From NCBI GenBank assembly GCA_039096225.1, contig JBBPEB010000034.1:434001-498000 (forward strand): DNA of 64,000 bases, given 5' to 3'. Positions 49,731 to 64,000 of the stretch are shown in pieces (position 1 is the first letter of the stretch; each line of letters opens with the position of its first letter). A program made the translations under genes and the position numbers. The DNA comes from Blastocystis sp. Blastoise. Its lineage: Eukaryota > Protista > Bigyra: Opalinata. The notes below the pieces were generated by a model that saw only the letters and a program-made list of their open reading frames with translations, was not told where the DNA came from and did not search any database.

Positions 49731-52123
49731 GATTTAGTAAAGAAACTCTAACTATAAAAAAAATATTTAAAAAAAAATTGAATATCATAAAATTAGTTTG
49801 GTATCAATTATTATTATTATTATATTATATGACTATTATTATTATTATATACCATTCTACGTGAAGATACTTGAATATGATCACTAACCCAAAAGGCAAC
49901 TAACCATAATGTAAGCATAACAGCAAAATGTTTTACAGTAAACATAATATATTAAAGAAATATTCATTTATTCATTTTATAATAATAACTTAATATATAT
50001 ATATAGAGGATATATAAAACGTTTCCATTCAGGTCTAGTTCTTTCCTTATTAAATTCATTTCCTAATAATAATCCTGCTAAATATATACTAAAATAACCT
50101 ATATATATATTATTATATTCTATATATAAGTTGTTATATTCTATATATATAAATGATTATATTCTATATATAAATGATTATATTATATATATATATAAAT
50201 GATTATATTCTATATATAAATGATTATATCAATATATAAATAATTATATTATATATATATACCAAAACAACTCAAAATTCCTTCTTTATTCATATCAAAT
50301 AACGTTGTACGATTATCATTTAATAAATATCTATATATATGTTGATATATATATATATCATTCAATAAATAAATAAATATATATATATATATTTATATAT
50401 ATACTCAGTTCCTCCATGAAGAAGCCAATATTGGTAACTAGAAAGAATAGTAATAATAGATATCCAGACAATAAGTCTATTTCTTAAGAAAGTTGCACAA
50501 ATAGCACTAAATATAGCTACTAATCCTAAAGTAAAAAAGAAGTTCCAATGAACACCATATTCAGTCACTACATGCTGATATCCAAACTCTATATATATAT
50601 ATATATATATTATAAATGAACTATAATAATTTAATAAATAAAATTTTTAAAAAGTCTATGTAAATATTATTTTATGAGAAAATTAGAATAATTATTTATA
50701 TAGACTATAATCTATAATAAAGCACATACCATACACAAAAAATAATCGTAAAAATCCAAGAATAAGAAGAGGAGAAACAGAACTCAATGCAGCTTTTACT
50801 GCTCTATAAATATAGTAGTATAGAATATAAGAATATGTATAATGCTATATAATAAAATATAAGAATAGTTATAATAATATATAATAGAATATAAGAATAT
50901 TTATAATACTATATAATAGAATATAAGAATATTTATAATAATATATAATAGAATATAAGAATATGTATAATAATATATAATAGAATATAAGAATATGTAT
51001 AATAATATATAATAGAATATATGAATATTTTATAATACTATATAATAGAATATACATTATTATATTATAAAATAATAATATATAATATATAATAGTATAT
51101 ACTTCATTCCTCCTTTATATCTTAACTGTCTTGATACCATTCCGCTATTAATCACAAATATACCTACGCCCATATCCATCTATATATATATTATATAATC
51201 ATATATATATACATTATATATATTCATTATATATTATAGTATATAATCATAACATATTATAAACATAAAATATATATATATATACCAACGAACATCCCCA
51301 ATTTAATGTTTTAGCAAGACGACGTGGGAAAATAGGGAAATCAACAGCACATATAGCAAGTACACTATATATATTAAATACATAATTAATAATTAATAGT
51401 AAGAATAAAATTATTTAGTATTCAGTTATACACAAAAATATATAAATACGTTAATCCCATAGTGATACCACGAAACATGGTGAAATATGATTTTTGTTTA
51501 TCATTAAGTGAAATGGGTTGAAAATATGGAGATTGACCTGCCATTTCTCTTTGAGTTTGAGATATAGGATGTCTATAGAATCATAATAATTTAAATAAGT
51601 ATAGGATGAAGCAAAGAATAATCAAAATAAGATTTTTATAAAAAAACTGTAATCATACCGTCTTAAATATTCACCAATAAGTAAACAGAGAATCACACAA
51701 GCTCCTAGAATCCAATAATGAGATTCCATACAAGTTTCTGCAGCTATATTCACACATATAATCATTGAAAAATCCAAGAGGAAGAGATTTGTAACAGATT
51801 TCCAATCACTACCACATAAAGGAATCTAAATAATAGTAATTTTAATTATAAAAGATCTGAGTATACCACAAATAGAAGAAATAAATTAAGATATAAATTA
51901 AAAGAAAAAACTGACAAATTCAGTCAAAAAAAAAGCTTACATTTAACTTAATGAACAAATCAAACACAAGTTGATATAAGAAATAAAATGGAATAGCTAT
52001 GTAGATAACAAGAAGTGCCTCAGCAAGTGAAGGTTGAGCAGTATTCAATGCAAATATTTCTTTTGCTTTCTTATAGTCCGTATTTATCAATTCTAAAACT
52101 TCCTGAGAAACTTGCTCTACCAT
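49226..52123 (-). CDS. PIGW: GPI inositol acyltransferase PIG-W/Gwt1
   Basis: FRGITMGLT..AICAVDFPIFPRRLAKT..WG.SLMDMGVG, YQHVVTEYGVHWNFFFTLG, NKEGILS.FGY, SRRMGNAAY, AINYNQL.IFLLANVCTGLIN and IKVKFW*. Confidence 0.93.
49938..50013 (-). other. U12-type AT-AC intron in PIGW
   Basis: Minus-strand donor ATATCCTCT at 50013, branch-like TTTCTTTAAT (49960-49951) and acceptor AC. Splicing restores EWKRFI-VKHFAVML. Confidence 0.75.
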
Positions 52124-52714
52124 TCTAATATTATTCGAAATAATATTTGATTCAAAGATAAGATCCTATTTTTTTAAGAGATGAAACTCTTTTAGTTCTT
52201 TTAGTAAAAAAAAAGATGTATTTTTTAAAGGGTCCATGCTGACTAGGAATCGAAGAATTCTACAGAAGAAATAGTGATTAACGAAAGATAGATGCATCAT
52301 TGAATGATCCTAAGATTTATTGGATAAAAAAGGGTTGGTCTGAGAAATAAGCCAATGATTTTTACAATAAAGAATGGAGGGGCCTCAATGAGAAGAAAAA
52401 CTGGGTACATCCAAAAACTGACTTTATTCGAATAGAATTTTTTCAACAAATAAAAAAGTGACTATTTAATAAAAAGAGAAACAACCAATACAAAGGAAAA
52501 CAACAACAATTCTTTTTGTTGATTGAAGATCAAAATTCATTCTTTTATGACTATTGAACAATATTACAGAAGATAAAATATAGAAAAGAAGAAGAAATAA
52601 AGAAATACGATAAAAGACAAGAAATGTTGATGACGAAACAGAATGAATTGAATGAAATAGAAGACAATAAAGAGAATTTATTAAAAAAAGATACATAGAA
52701 ATATAGTTATTTAA

Positions 52715-54487
52715 CTAATCTTCTTGACAGATGGTAATAAGATTTTGGATATTTTCTTGAGAGACAGAATGAGCATATCCCATTCGTTTAATAAAGAGTA
52801 TTGTATTCTAAAATTAAAAGATATAGATAGAATTGTTTTTATATATCATATAAATGAAAATAGTTACAGAATAATGAATAGAAATATACATTTTTATCAC
52901 ATTTGAACTGTTTCATATTAAAAATACAAGTATTCAATTGACTTAAAATTATTTGATGTTTATATTGTTGTCCACTTTCATCAAGATGTATCTGGACATA
53001 TCTTAGTAATTCTTCACGTACTAAAATATTTAAAAAATATAGATTATATATATAGAAATGCTTTATATATATATATACTTGATGAAAGCAAGAATTCTTC
53101 CCAAAATCCATAATCTTGCCAAATCGGATGGTCTGATAAATCATCAGAAATCTCATGTTTTTCTATATATAATAATATTGTTTATATATTTATTATTATT
53201 ATTTTTATTTAAATAGATACATATAATTAATATATATATATATAATTATATATAGTATACCCCCATTAAGGTAATAAAAATAGGATTGACTTAAAATCAT
53301 GATGTTTTTACCTTGTTTAATATCTTTTGATCTATATATCTCATCTAATAATAACTTAAATATATGTATAAATATCGGATAATGGCTTCCTATCTATAAT
53401 ATATATATATATATATAGTATTATTCAAAGATTAATATATAGATAAAAATTTATATAGATAAGAAATGTTGTAAATATAATCATATTATTATTTTCAGTA
53501 TCTTACATAAAATTGATATGTTAATAATAATAATAATATTAAAAAAATAAATAGTAATAATAATAAAAATAATATCTCAAATAATAATCTTAATAATCAT
53601 AATTAAAACAATAATAATAATATTTCAAATACACTTTTCCCTTTTCCTCGAAGATCGGTTAATGCCTGTATAAGTATATTTCTACCTTCTCTATTTGTTG
53701 TTAATAAATAAAGTGAACCAGAAACATTATTATTCTTATAAAAATTCATCTGTTGATATTCATTAGATTTCTCTATTTCCGCGGTTATGTGTAAATCTTT
53801 AGAATTATATTCATTGGAGATTAAGTGTATATCAATATCATTTTGATATAGAGAATCACATAAAGAACAACTCTCGGAAATAGTCTCTGAAAGAGTGTCT
53901 GAAAAATCGTCTGAAACAGTTTCAGCCAGTGAAGAACAAGACGCCGTGTTTGAATATGTATTTTGTATTTCTTTATTTATAGTAGTATATATATCTATAT
54001 CTGTTTCTTCCTCTGAATCCGATAAATCATCTATATATATATATATATATATTGAATTAATAAAGTTAATATTCTTCATGGTATAAAAAATTCTTAGTAT
54101 ATATATACCATTATTTATACGAACATCACTTGTTTCTGGTATATATAAAGATGATTGTAAATGAATCGAGTTATTCAAATGAATATTATCTTTAGAATCA
54201 CATTCTAATAAATTTAATAAATAATTATATATAATAATATTTATAGTATTATAGTCTCATAGTATTTATTATATACTTATATGCAAATGTATAATCATCA
54301 GAATGAGTAGTCACTATATATATATTGTTATATATATTGTTATATATATATATACATTTTACTTCTTCTGTATCAATACGAGGGTCATACCATCTATATA
54401 TATATATATATATAGTTATATATATACGCAATATTTGGTATTTGAGTTTGTTCAGGTTCTTTCTTTAAATCCCATTCTCCTTCTATA

Positions 54488-54518
<31 letters not shown>

Positions 54519-55096
54519 GAATACCTTTAAGAATAGAATCAACAATTTGATTATGAATATCTAGTCGAATACCTATATATATACATTTATATATATATAT
54601 ATATATAATTCATCATTATGCTATATATAATTATATATACGTGAATCTCCACTTAGAATGACGCTACCCTGTGTCATCTCTGACAAAGAATCTGTCAATA
54701 CAGATATATATGTCTGAAATACAATATAATTTAGTGTTCAATTAAATGATTTATTATATATATATAGTTATAATTTTATGTACATAAAAAATATATATAC
54801 ATATATATACTAATAATAATATATAGATAATAATAATAATAATATATATATATATATACTTCATCCATTTTTTTAAGTGTTTGAATAACTTGCATAAAAA
54901 TAAGATCTTTTTCTTTCTCTAGCAACATATACCATTTCTGAAGTGAATTTAAATAAGAGTGTTGAATATTCATATATATAGACACACGACTCTCTAGGGA
55001 TAATGCAGTCTCCTTTATAACTCTAAAGATAGGGGAATCAGAGAATAATAGGGGTTTCAACATATGTAGATATATAATATATATATTATGATGTTG

Positions 55097-55130
<34 letters not shown>

Positions 55131-55181
55131 GCAGGATCTTGTTTCATAAGAAGAGCTAGAGATGGAGATATACTGTCTTTA

Positions 55182-55220
<39 letters not shown>

Positions 55221-56876
55221 TTGGTTGTTTATCTTCAAAAATTAGTTCACTTGTTTGAATAATATCATTCTATATATATATATATAAAAAATAACTATAA
55301 ATTAAAAAAATAATATACCACTTTTCTAGTTAGTTTATTATTAACAGAATTAATTATTTCTTCATTTTTCCGACATATTTTAATTAAATTTTTTAATTTA
55401 TAATAATAGAATTCGATGAATAAAGGAAGACGTATATATATCTTATGAAATATAAGCTTACATTGTTCATAATACACTATTTTATTACATATAGACTTCT
55501 CAACATGAGATAAACTCAACTATATATATATATGAGAAAAGGAAAAAAGAATAATATACAAAAAGAATAATATACATAATAATAACATTAAAAGAATAAT
55601 ATACATAATAATAACATTTAAATAATAATAACGATAATAATAACATAAAAATATTTAAAAAAAATAATAAACATCTTAATATATACAATATAAAACAGCA
55701 GCTATAATAAACAAAAATAATAATAAATATAAAAATAAATCATTAATAATAATATACTCCAAGAAGTGATTGTTCTTTTGTTTTTGGAAGAGAGTCTTTT
55801 GTTTTGATTAATTGATGTATATATAGATCTTGCTGTTTTTCTATATTACTAATAAGTACGCGAAAGTCATTTAATTGTTTATAACCATCTTCACAATCTT
55901 TTTGTATACGATTTAATGGAAAAGATGTTATACTATATATATAGAGAATCAACAATAGATATATATGTATATCTATATATTTATATTATATATATATATA
56001 GAGAGAATCAGAAATATATATGTATATCTATATAATTATATTATATATATATAGAGAGAGAATCAGAAACAGATATATATGTATATCTATATAATTATTA
56101 TATACATAATGATATATCAAGAAAAATATATAAACACATTCATATCCTTTATAATAAACTATATATATATACTCATATTCTTGCCATGATTCATCTAAAA
56201 AGCCAAATTTATTATTATTTTGGTATCCCTCAAATATTTCTTTCATCGCTTCTTCATGTGCAAATATATGATCATCATATTCTAATAATTCTTTCATATA
56301 ATGATGATAATCAATTGTTGCTTTGTTACGAATAGATAATGACTATATATATATTATTAAATTAACTAGAATATATATATAAACTTTTCCATATTGTGAT
56401 CTCCAACGTAAAGATTCAACAATTTTCGTATATATACCCATATATACATATCTATACAATAAAGAGAAGCATTAAAAATAATTTTCATTAGTTTATAATC
56501 ACATAAGCATACGTGGGAGCAGCATAAGACATGGCAAGATGCTTCTCATCAGTTAAATTGAGTAACGAGAAAATAGATATAGCTTTCTCAAATGATTCAT
56601 AAGCTCTATCATATGTTTTTCTTAACGAATACAATATTCCTATACAAATATAACGTAGATCTTGATCAAACATACCCAAATATGTATGGCAAATTGCTTC
56701 ATATCTTAAAAATCCATTCTCAACAGAATAGCATAAAGCTTTCAAAAATAAAGGAAGCGCTTTGTTACTTGCTATAATGATTAGCTGTAGCGATAATGAA
56801 TTTAAAATATACATGACTTTCTAAACTTTTCTTCTGCAACTTGTATTAAATGAAATACCTCCTCAGGAGACATCAT
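52715..56876 (-). CDS. TPR + coiled-coil (F-BAR-like) + SBF2/DENN-associated-like domain protein (may be two genes)
   Basis: N-terminal TPRs (EAICHTYLGILY..YDRAYESFEKAISI), a helical middle and C-terminal HPIWQDYGFWEE..IILSQL..NMKQF. The junction near 54210-54280 could not be spliced in phase. Confidence 0.5.
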
Positions 56877-57077
56877 CTAAACAGAAAATGAAAGATACCC
56901 AAAAAAAAATATTTTTGAATTTTTTGTTTCTTATTTTTTATATTATAACTTTCTTCAGATTTACAATTTTTATATTCATGTATATTTTTGTTTTGTAAAC
57001 CTCATAGCATATTACATAGGATTTCATTAACAAAACAACTTTATAACATATATATATAGTTAATGACACCTTTTTAA

Positions 57078-57756
57078 TTATAAACTGTTGAATATTTTGT
57101 CGCCACTTTGATTTTTCATTCTTTCAAATAAATCAGAATCTTTCTCTTTTATCATTTTCAAAAGATCTTTCATTATATTGGGACAAGCAATTGTGATCAT
57201 TTGATAAATTTCTTCAAAACATGCTTTTTGATCTAAAGAATAGAGGATATCATGGTAAATTTGTAGTATGAACATGAGTAATAATTAGAAAAGCATAAGA
57301 TGAATCATAGGGATTAGAATTAAACAAAATAGAAAAAAAAAACTTACCATTAGCATAATAAGCATCAGGAACATCTTCTCCTTTTCTACCAGGGACATAA
57401 TCAGTAAGCATCTTGACGACTGCGTGATCACTACCTTTTGAACTTCTACGATAATCATTGATATCTTCAACATTACTCGAGTCCATAGCAACAATAAGAT
57501 CGTAGTCTTCGAAATCCTTCTTTTGGATTTGTGACCCACGTAAATCAGAAATATCTAATCCGTGAGAACGTGCACAACGCTGACCACCAGAATGAGGAGC
57601 TTGACCTACATGAAAAGAACAAGTTCCACAAGAATAAACCTTGATCATATCAGATAAATGAAGGTTTTTTACATATTCTCTCATAATACCTTCTCCAAGA
57701 GGAGATCTACAGATATTTCCTAAACAAACAAATAAGATTCCTGCTTCAAATATCAT
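57078..57756 (-). CDS. Low-molecular-weight protein-tyrosine phosphatase
   Basis: ILFVCLGNICRSP P-loop, DLIVAMD and DVPDAYY. One intron (~57233-57348). Confidence 0.92.
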
Positions 57757-58715
57757 GATTTTCAACTATTTATAAAATAATATAATAATTATAAAAAAAA
57801 GAATAGTGTTGACTCTAAAATAACTAATTCTCAAGGAAAATTTATAAAGAGGTTTTTCCTGCTTATTTTAGTATTTAGTACTCGTTATGTTATATTTATT
57901 GTTGAAAAGCAACATAGAAGAATGAAAGGCTTTGCTTATTAGGATACTATAAGTTCTCACTATAATAATTTCATTTTTCCAAAAATGAATTATATATTTA
58001 TTCGATTCTTGGTGTGTTCTAGATAAATATGATAATTTGGAAATGATCAGTATGAACAACTATATAATTTTATTGACAAATGTTGTTATTCAAATTCTTT
58101 TTATTGGTTTGAATTAAATTGATGAACGAATATAAATGCTATGAAGAATAAGAAGTTGCTAGAATCTTGTGAAATATAAAAAAAAACGAAAAATTAATGA
58201 AGAAACGACAATAATTGCAAGTACATAAAAAGACAGTATTTGATGTGATAATATGCTTTTGTAAATAAAAGAATACAATGATCTTATATCAAAATGATAT
58301 TGAGTATACGAGAAAAGTGATTGTATTCATAAGAATATAGATACATATGGTTATATAAGGTTATAGTATTCATATGTTCATTATATATCACGGTATATAA
58401 ATAGTTTTAAATATATTCATAAGCAAATGAAAGCATACATACTTTAAAATATTTATTTCAAGATCATTATTTGTAATAAATAGTATGAGTATAAATATAT
58501 AGAGTTTAAGAATATCACCATAATTATCTGAATATGACTGAATATGCATAAAAATGATATAATGCCATTATCACACTGTTTCATAAAGAAGAAAAGTTAA
58601 AAAAAAAATACACATAAAATATAGTATTCAACATTCAACGAAACATGATATTTTTATATAACAAAACAATTATATATATAACATTTTTATTAACACAGAT
58701 TATTCTTATTTATTT

Positions 58716-60147
58716 TTAAAGTGGTTTTCCTTGAATAGCCTTGGATGCTATGTCCATTAATTCATAAAAATCATACTATAATAATAATATATAATTCATA
58801 AAAAAAAGAATAATTTTATAATATAAATAGAAATTGAGTTTTTAATGTCAATTTATATATATGTATTTATATACAGTCTTATATATAGCCCATTGGGGAT
58901 GCGTTGACCACATAGCAGCAGGATAAGAGATAGAAGATATACCATGCTTTATATAGTATATATTATTATATATATTATATATTACATAAATTATGATATA
59001 TTGTTATATATATTAATATATTCTATTCTCATAATATTAAAAAAAAATCATATATATATATATACCCATATTCTTGCAATAGACCTACTTGTTAAAATAT
59101 TAGTACCAATTCGTTCATCATGTAAAAATGACTACATATATTTATATCAATTTATATAGATTATATATACTTTAGCTTCTGCGTATATTTGTTTTTCTAT
59201 CGGTTTTGTGGATCTTATAAACCACTCAATTCCATTGGGAATCATCGAAGTAAAACCTATATAATATATATATAATATATAAGATTATAATATATAATAT
59301 ATATTATATAAGATTATAATATATAATATATATTATATAAGATTATAATATATAATATATATAAGATTATAATATATAAGATTATATATACAATATATAA
59401 TATATAATACATACATGAATAATGTTGAAAGGAATGGTCAATATAAATCATATTATTATTAATTATTAATGGAATATCATATTTGAAATATAAATCAATA
59501 TATTCTAAGAATATTGTTTCTATATATATAGTAGTCTAGATCTATTTCTATTATTCGTATATATACGTTTAGCTTCCAAATTTTGATTCCATTGTTCATA
59601 ATAATCACGGGAATCACATAATTTTAACAATACATACATTCTTATAAACTTTTCCAATTGATTCTATATATATAAATAAAAGTTATTTATTCTTTTTATA
59701 TACTTTTTCAATAGTTAATAATTTCTCTTTAAGATATAAACATAATTGATCAACATCCAATTCTTTTCTATCCCTATATATAATAATAATAATAAAAGTG
59801 TTTTATATATATATAATAGAATCAAAAATTAATTTATATATATATATATATATACTTTAGATATTTATAGATATAAGCAACATTACTGTATTGACACACA
59901 ATTAGTTTCTCCTTTTCAAGTCTTGTTAATTCTGATTGTATTTCCACGGGAGAACGTCTCATTATAGAAGCAATATCATATATATTTATGATTAACTCAT
60001 CATTAGCAGAACGACCAAATTCAGTTTTATAAGCTATAGATATAATGTATATATATATAATATACTATACAATTAAAAGATTGAATAGAAAGTGATTCTT
60101 CATCACGTTTTTTTGTAATTAAAAATGAAATAAGCCATGAATGAATC

Positions 60148-60213
<66 letters not shown>

Positions 60214-61657
60214 TATATATACCTTCATTAAAGTACCTCGAATAGCTTTTACTGAAACTTTATTCATTCCTTGATATATATACTGAATATATCCTTGTTT
60301 ATCCAGTTCAATTAAGATCGTGCTTAACACTTCTGAACTGATATCGTAATTATAAGTAGTTGTACTAATATCAATACACTGCAAATTTTTAATTTTTGGA
60401 TTATAGGAATAAACATCTTCATTTTCATCATTTTCTTCAAAAACTGCAGGGAATTTAGTATTAAATATATCATTTATAAGTTTATATATATTCATATATT
60501 CGACACCATTCATAAAAATAGAAGAATATCTATTTATATTGTATATAAATGATATAAATAATATAAATAATATAAATAATAATATAATATAATTAATATA
60601 TATCTATATATATCTATATAGATCTATATATACAATGAATGTAGATCTTCTAGTGTGTATATACATTGTGTATATATATTAATATTCTTATTTCTCCCTC
60701 CTCTCCCTATTTCCTGTATATAGTTCTCTATACATGAAGGAGCATCCCAATGGATAATACCCTATATATATATATATATATATTATCATTAATAATAATA
60801 AATAGAATAACAACATAATAATAAATATAATAATAACAACATAATAAATATAATAATAACAACATAATAAATATAATAATAATAATAATAATAATAAAAT
60901 AAACATACTTCAATATCTCCTTTATCTATTCCTAACCCAAAGGCGATAGTCGCGATTATTATACGTATTCGACCACTATAGAACTGACCCTCTATTTTTG
61001 TACGAGAATCACGTGACATTCCTGCATGATATGGAGCACACTACATATATTCATACAATATTATATATATATATTATATATAATAATAATAATAATAATA
61101 ATCGATATAATAATGTATAGCTTACAATGAATGTATATATAATATATATATATACATTAATTCCTTGTTCATGTAAATAACTTGAAAGTGCTTCTGTTTC
61201 TCGTCGATAATTGACATATATAATTATACTCTTCTTCTTCTCATACCAGGGAGACTTTAAACTACGTAATAACCACGAATATCTATAGGATTACATAGAG
61301 AATAATATATTATTGAGAAAAAAAAGTATACAAGAAACTATATGTTTATATATATATATATACTTATCATCAAGCATAGACATATATATCTTTATATTAG
61401 GTCTTCTCCATCCTCCATTATATATATTTCCCATGGGAATTTGAAGATTTTCACAAATAGACTATAGAGTTTTATTATTCTTTATAATAATACATTTATA
61501 TACTTGAATATCTCGTGATGACGCAGTTGCAGTTAAGCCAAAGAGGGACACATGAGGGATATAACGAGCTTAAAATGAATATATATAATAATATATATAA
61601 TGCAATTGATATATATATATATATTTATTTTTTTATTACAAATATCATTATATAATC

Positions 61658-61696
<39 letters not shown>

Positions 61697-62760
61697 TATA
61701 TAAATACATGTAAAAGATTGTATTTTCAAATACATAGGTCTAAAATTATAACTCCAGCTGGAAATACAATGTACTTCATCGATAACTACATATTTTATTC
61801 GTGATTTTACATTAGGATACGAGAGAATCTTCGTAAATAATCGTGAATATAACTTTTCTGGAGAAATAAATATTATATTTAATTGATTTTGCTCTATTTG
61901 TTTATATAATTGAATTAATTGCTTAGATGTTGTAGTTGATGACAAAATAACAGCAGATAAACACGGGGGAAGAGAAGAAATCTGATCTGTCATTAAACTA
62001 ATTAATGGAGAAATAACCACGGTTATACCTATTATAAAATAGAACTAGTAATAGATATAGATATATATATATACAGTTATAGAGAATAGTAGGTATTTGA
62101 TAAACAAGAGATTTACCACCTCCCGTTGGAGCTATTAATAACTATATATATATGTATATTTATGTATATATATATATATATATTAATAGTAACATATAAT
62201 AACATATAATAAGCATATAATAATAATAATAATAATAATATAATAATAATAATATATAATAAGCATATAATAATAATGTATATATACCCCATTATGTCCT
62301 TGTATCATTTCATTAATTGCCCATAATTGTCCTTTTTTAAATGTGTGTATATTAAACACATGAGTAGCTATATAGTATACTTTCTTCTTCATATTATCAT
62401 CTATACTCATATTCATATTGATGTCTTTCTGTAATTCTATATTATTATCTATAGTATTCTCTATAGTATTATCATCTATAGTAACATCTATATCTATATA
62501 TTTATCTTCATATTCTTCTTCATTATCATCAGTCTCCTCAGAATTCCCGCGGTTATATTCATCACTTTCATCAAGAGTAGTTTCACTATCAGAATCATTT
62601 ATTGGATAAAACGAATCATCTTCTATTTCTTCCAGATCCCCGTGGGAAGTCTTTGTGTTTTCTGAATTCGTGATAGAATTAGGAATAGTTTTTATTAGAG
62701 GAGAAGCATTAGTATTATTATTTAACTCTATTATAGGTGTTGAAGATATATTTGTAGCGA

Positions 62761-62795
<35 letters not shown>

Positions 62796-62797
62796 TG

Positions 62798-62885
<88 letters not shown>

Positions 62886-64000
62886 TTATTATTATTATTA
62901 TTATTTAAAGAATTCGATAGGTCATAGTAAACATTCTTTTGAAGTCCTTCTTGGATGGATAATCCCCATGAATATAATCGATTTATAAGCTCTTCTTTCT
63001 TACCTCCAACGGGAATATGATATCGATGTAAGAGACGTTTTAATGCCGCATTCTATATAATAATAAATATATATATAATAATAATAATAAATATAAATAT
63101 AAATAATAAATATAAATAATAAATATAAATTATAAATATAAATAATAAACATAAATTATAAATATAAATTATAAATATAAATTATAAATATAAATTATAA
63201 ATAATTTAAAATATTAAATATAAATATATATAATAAATAATTTAAAAAATTAAATATAAATATAATAATAAATAATTAAAATAATAATAAATACAGTAAG
63301 TAAGTTCCATTGCGTTTTATATATATCTAAAATATTCATTTCTTTTGAATTTTCTTCATTAAATAATTTTGTGACTCCATCTTCTAATTCATCAGCCCAT
63401 TGGAAAAATTGACAACGTCCCTCATTCCAAGCTAACGGACAACAGAAAAATTCACGATTATGATTACGATTATGTTTTTTAACTTTACATAATTTTGCAG
63501 TTAATCCATGAGAACAAACAGGATATGTTGATGATAATGATAGAATAACCGCGGGAGTAGAGATAGATGTTTCTAGAGAGATAATTATATATATGTTCAC
63601 ATATATTATTTTTGAATAAAATAGAAAGAAAAAGAAATTATTGGTGAATATATATATATATATAGAGGAAAAAGAATATGAATATAAATAGTAATAGGTA
63701 TGTTATACGTGTGATAAAATGAATAACTATTAATGAATAATCATAATAATATAGTTCATAATATATATATATATCTAATAGACAGAATATTGATTTTTTA
63801 CATAGATTAATATATAACATTATATATATACTCATTTCTTTAATATGATCAATACATGCTAATATTTGATCACCATCTAATCCTTTACGCATAGGAATAT
63901 TACCGCGGTTATTCGATGAAATTGTATCTTCTTTATTTTGTTCATAGTCACTTGTTTGTGAATAAAAGTTGACTTTTGAGTCTAATGTATTTCTACGTTT
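58716..64000 (-). CDS. RECQL4: RecQ helicase RECQL4-like with GRF zinc finger and SAP domain; 5' end lies beyond the window
   Basis: APTGGGKSLVYQ, VISPLISLMTDQ, IDEVHCISSWSYNFRPMY, GLTATA, YHAGM, ATIAFGLGIDK, YIQEIGRGGR and the RECQL4-type C-terminus ARIWHGISS.YPA..W. GRF: CSHG..VKK..N.NREFFCC..RCQFFQWAD. SAP: LKRLL....G.K.ELINRL. Confidence 0.88.
62762..62905 (-). repeat. Coding (AAT)n poly-Asn tract in RECQL4
   Basis: (TTA)n on the + strand inside the exon following the SAP domain. Confidence 0.8.

Overview
Very AT-rich, intron-dense eukaryotic nuclear DNA read in the standard code. The gene content suggests a stramenopile gut protist of the Blastocystis/Proteromonas type (inference from the expanded BTB/TLDc families, short introns and minor introns). 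Positions ~1-19.5 kb are an accessory/turnover zone: a BTB+LRR-like gene, a large multi-vWA gene with one 4.2-kb exon, a BTB-TLDc pseudogene, two tiny head-to-head genes, an orphan DHX37 last exon and decayed fragments. Positions ~19.8-64 kb carry compact housekeeping genes: PH-domain protein, SGTA, gamma-tubulin complex GCP2, DUS2, a TAF4-like protein, NOL10, a TTBK/CK1 kinase, Argonaute, tRNA-Arg(CCG), PIGW/GWT1, a TPR/coiled-coil/SBF2-like protein, LMW-PTP and RECQL4. The top finding is a first exon, missed by the ORF track, that splices a Stc1-type C4 zinc finger onto a slicer-type (DEDH) Argonaute through a PPGM-repeat/WG linker. Also notable: three U12-type AT-initiated introns, introns built almost entirely of (TA)n, and a recurrent CCRYGG/CRCGGG motif in AT-rich exons. 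All gene models were spliced by hand and family calls come from remembered motifs, not database searches.
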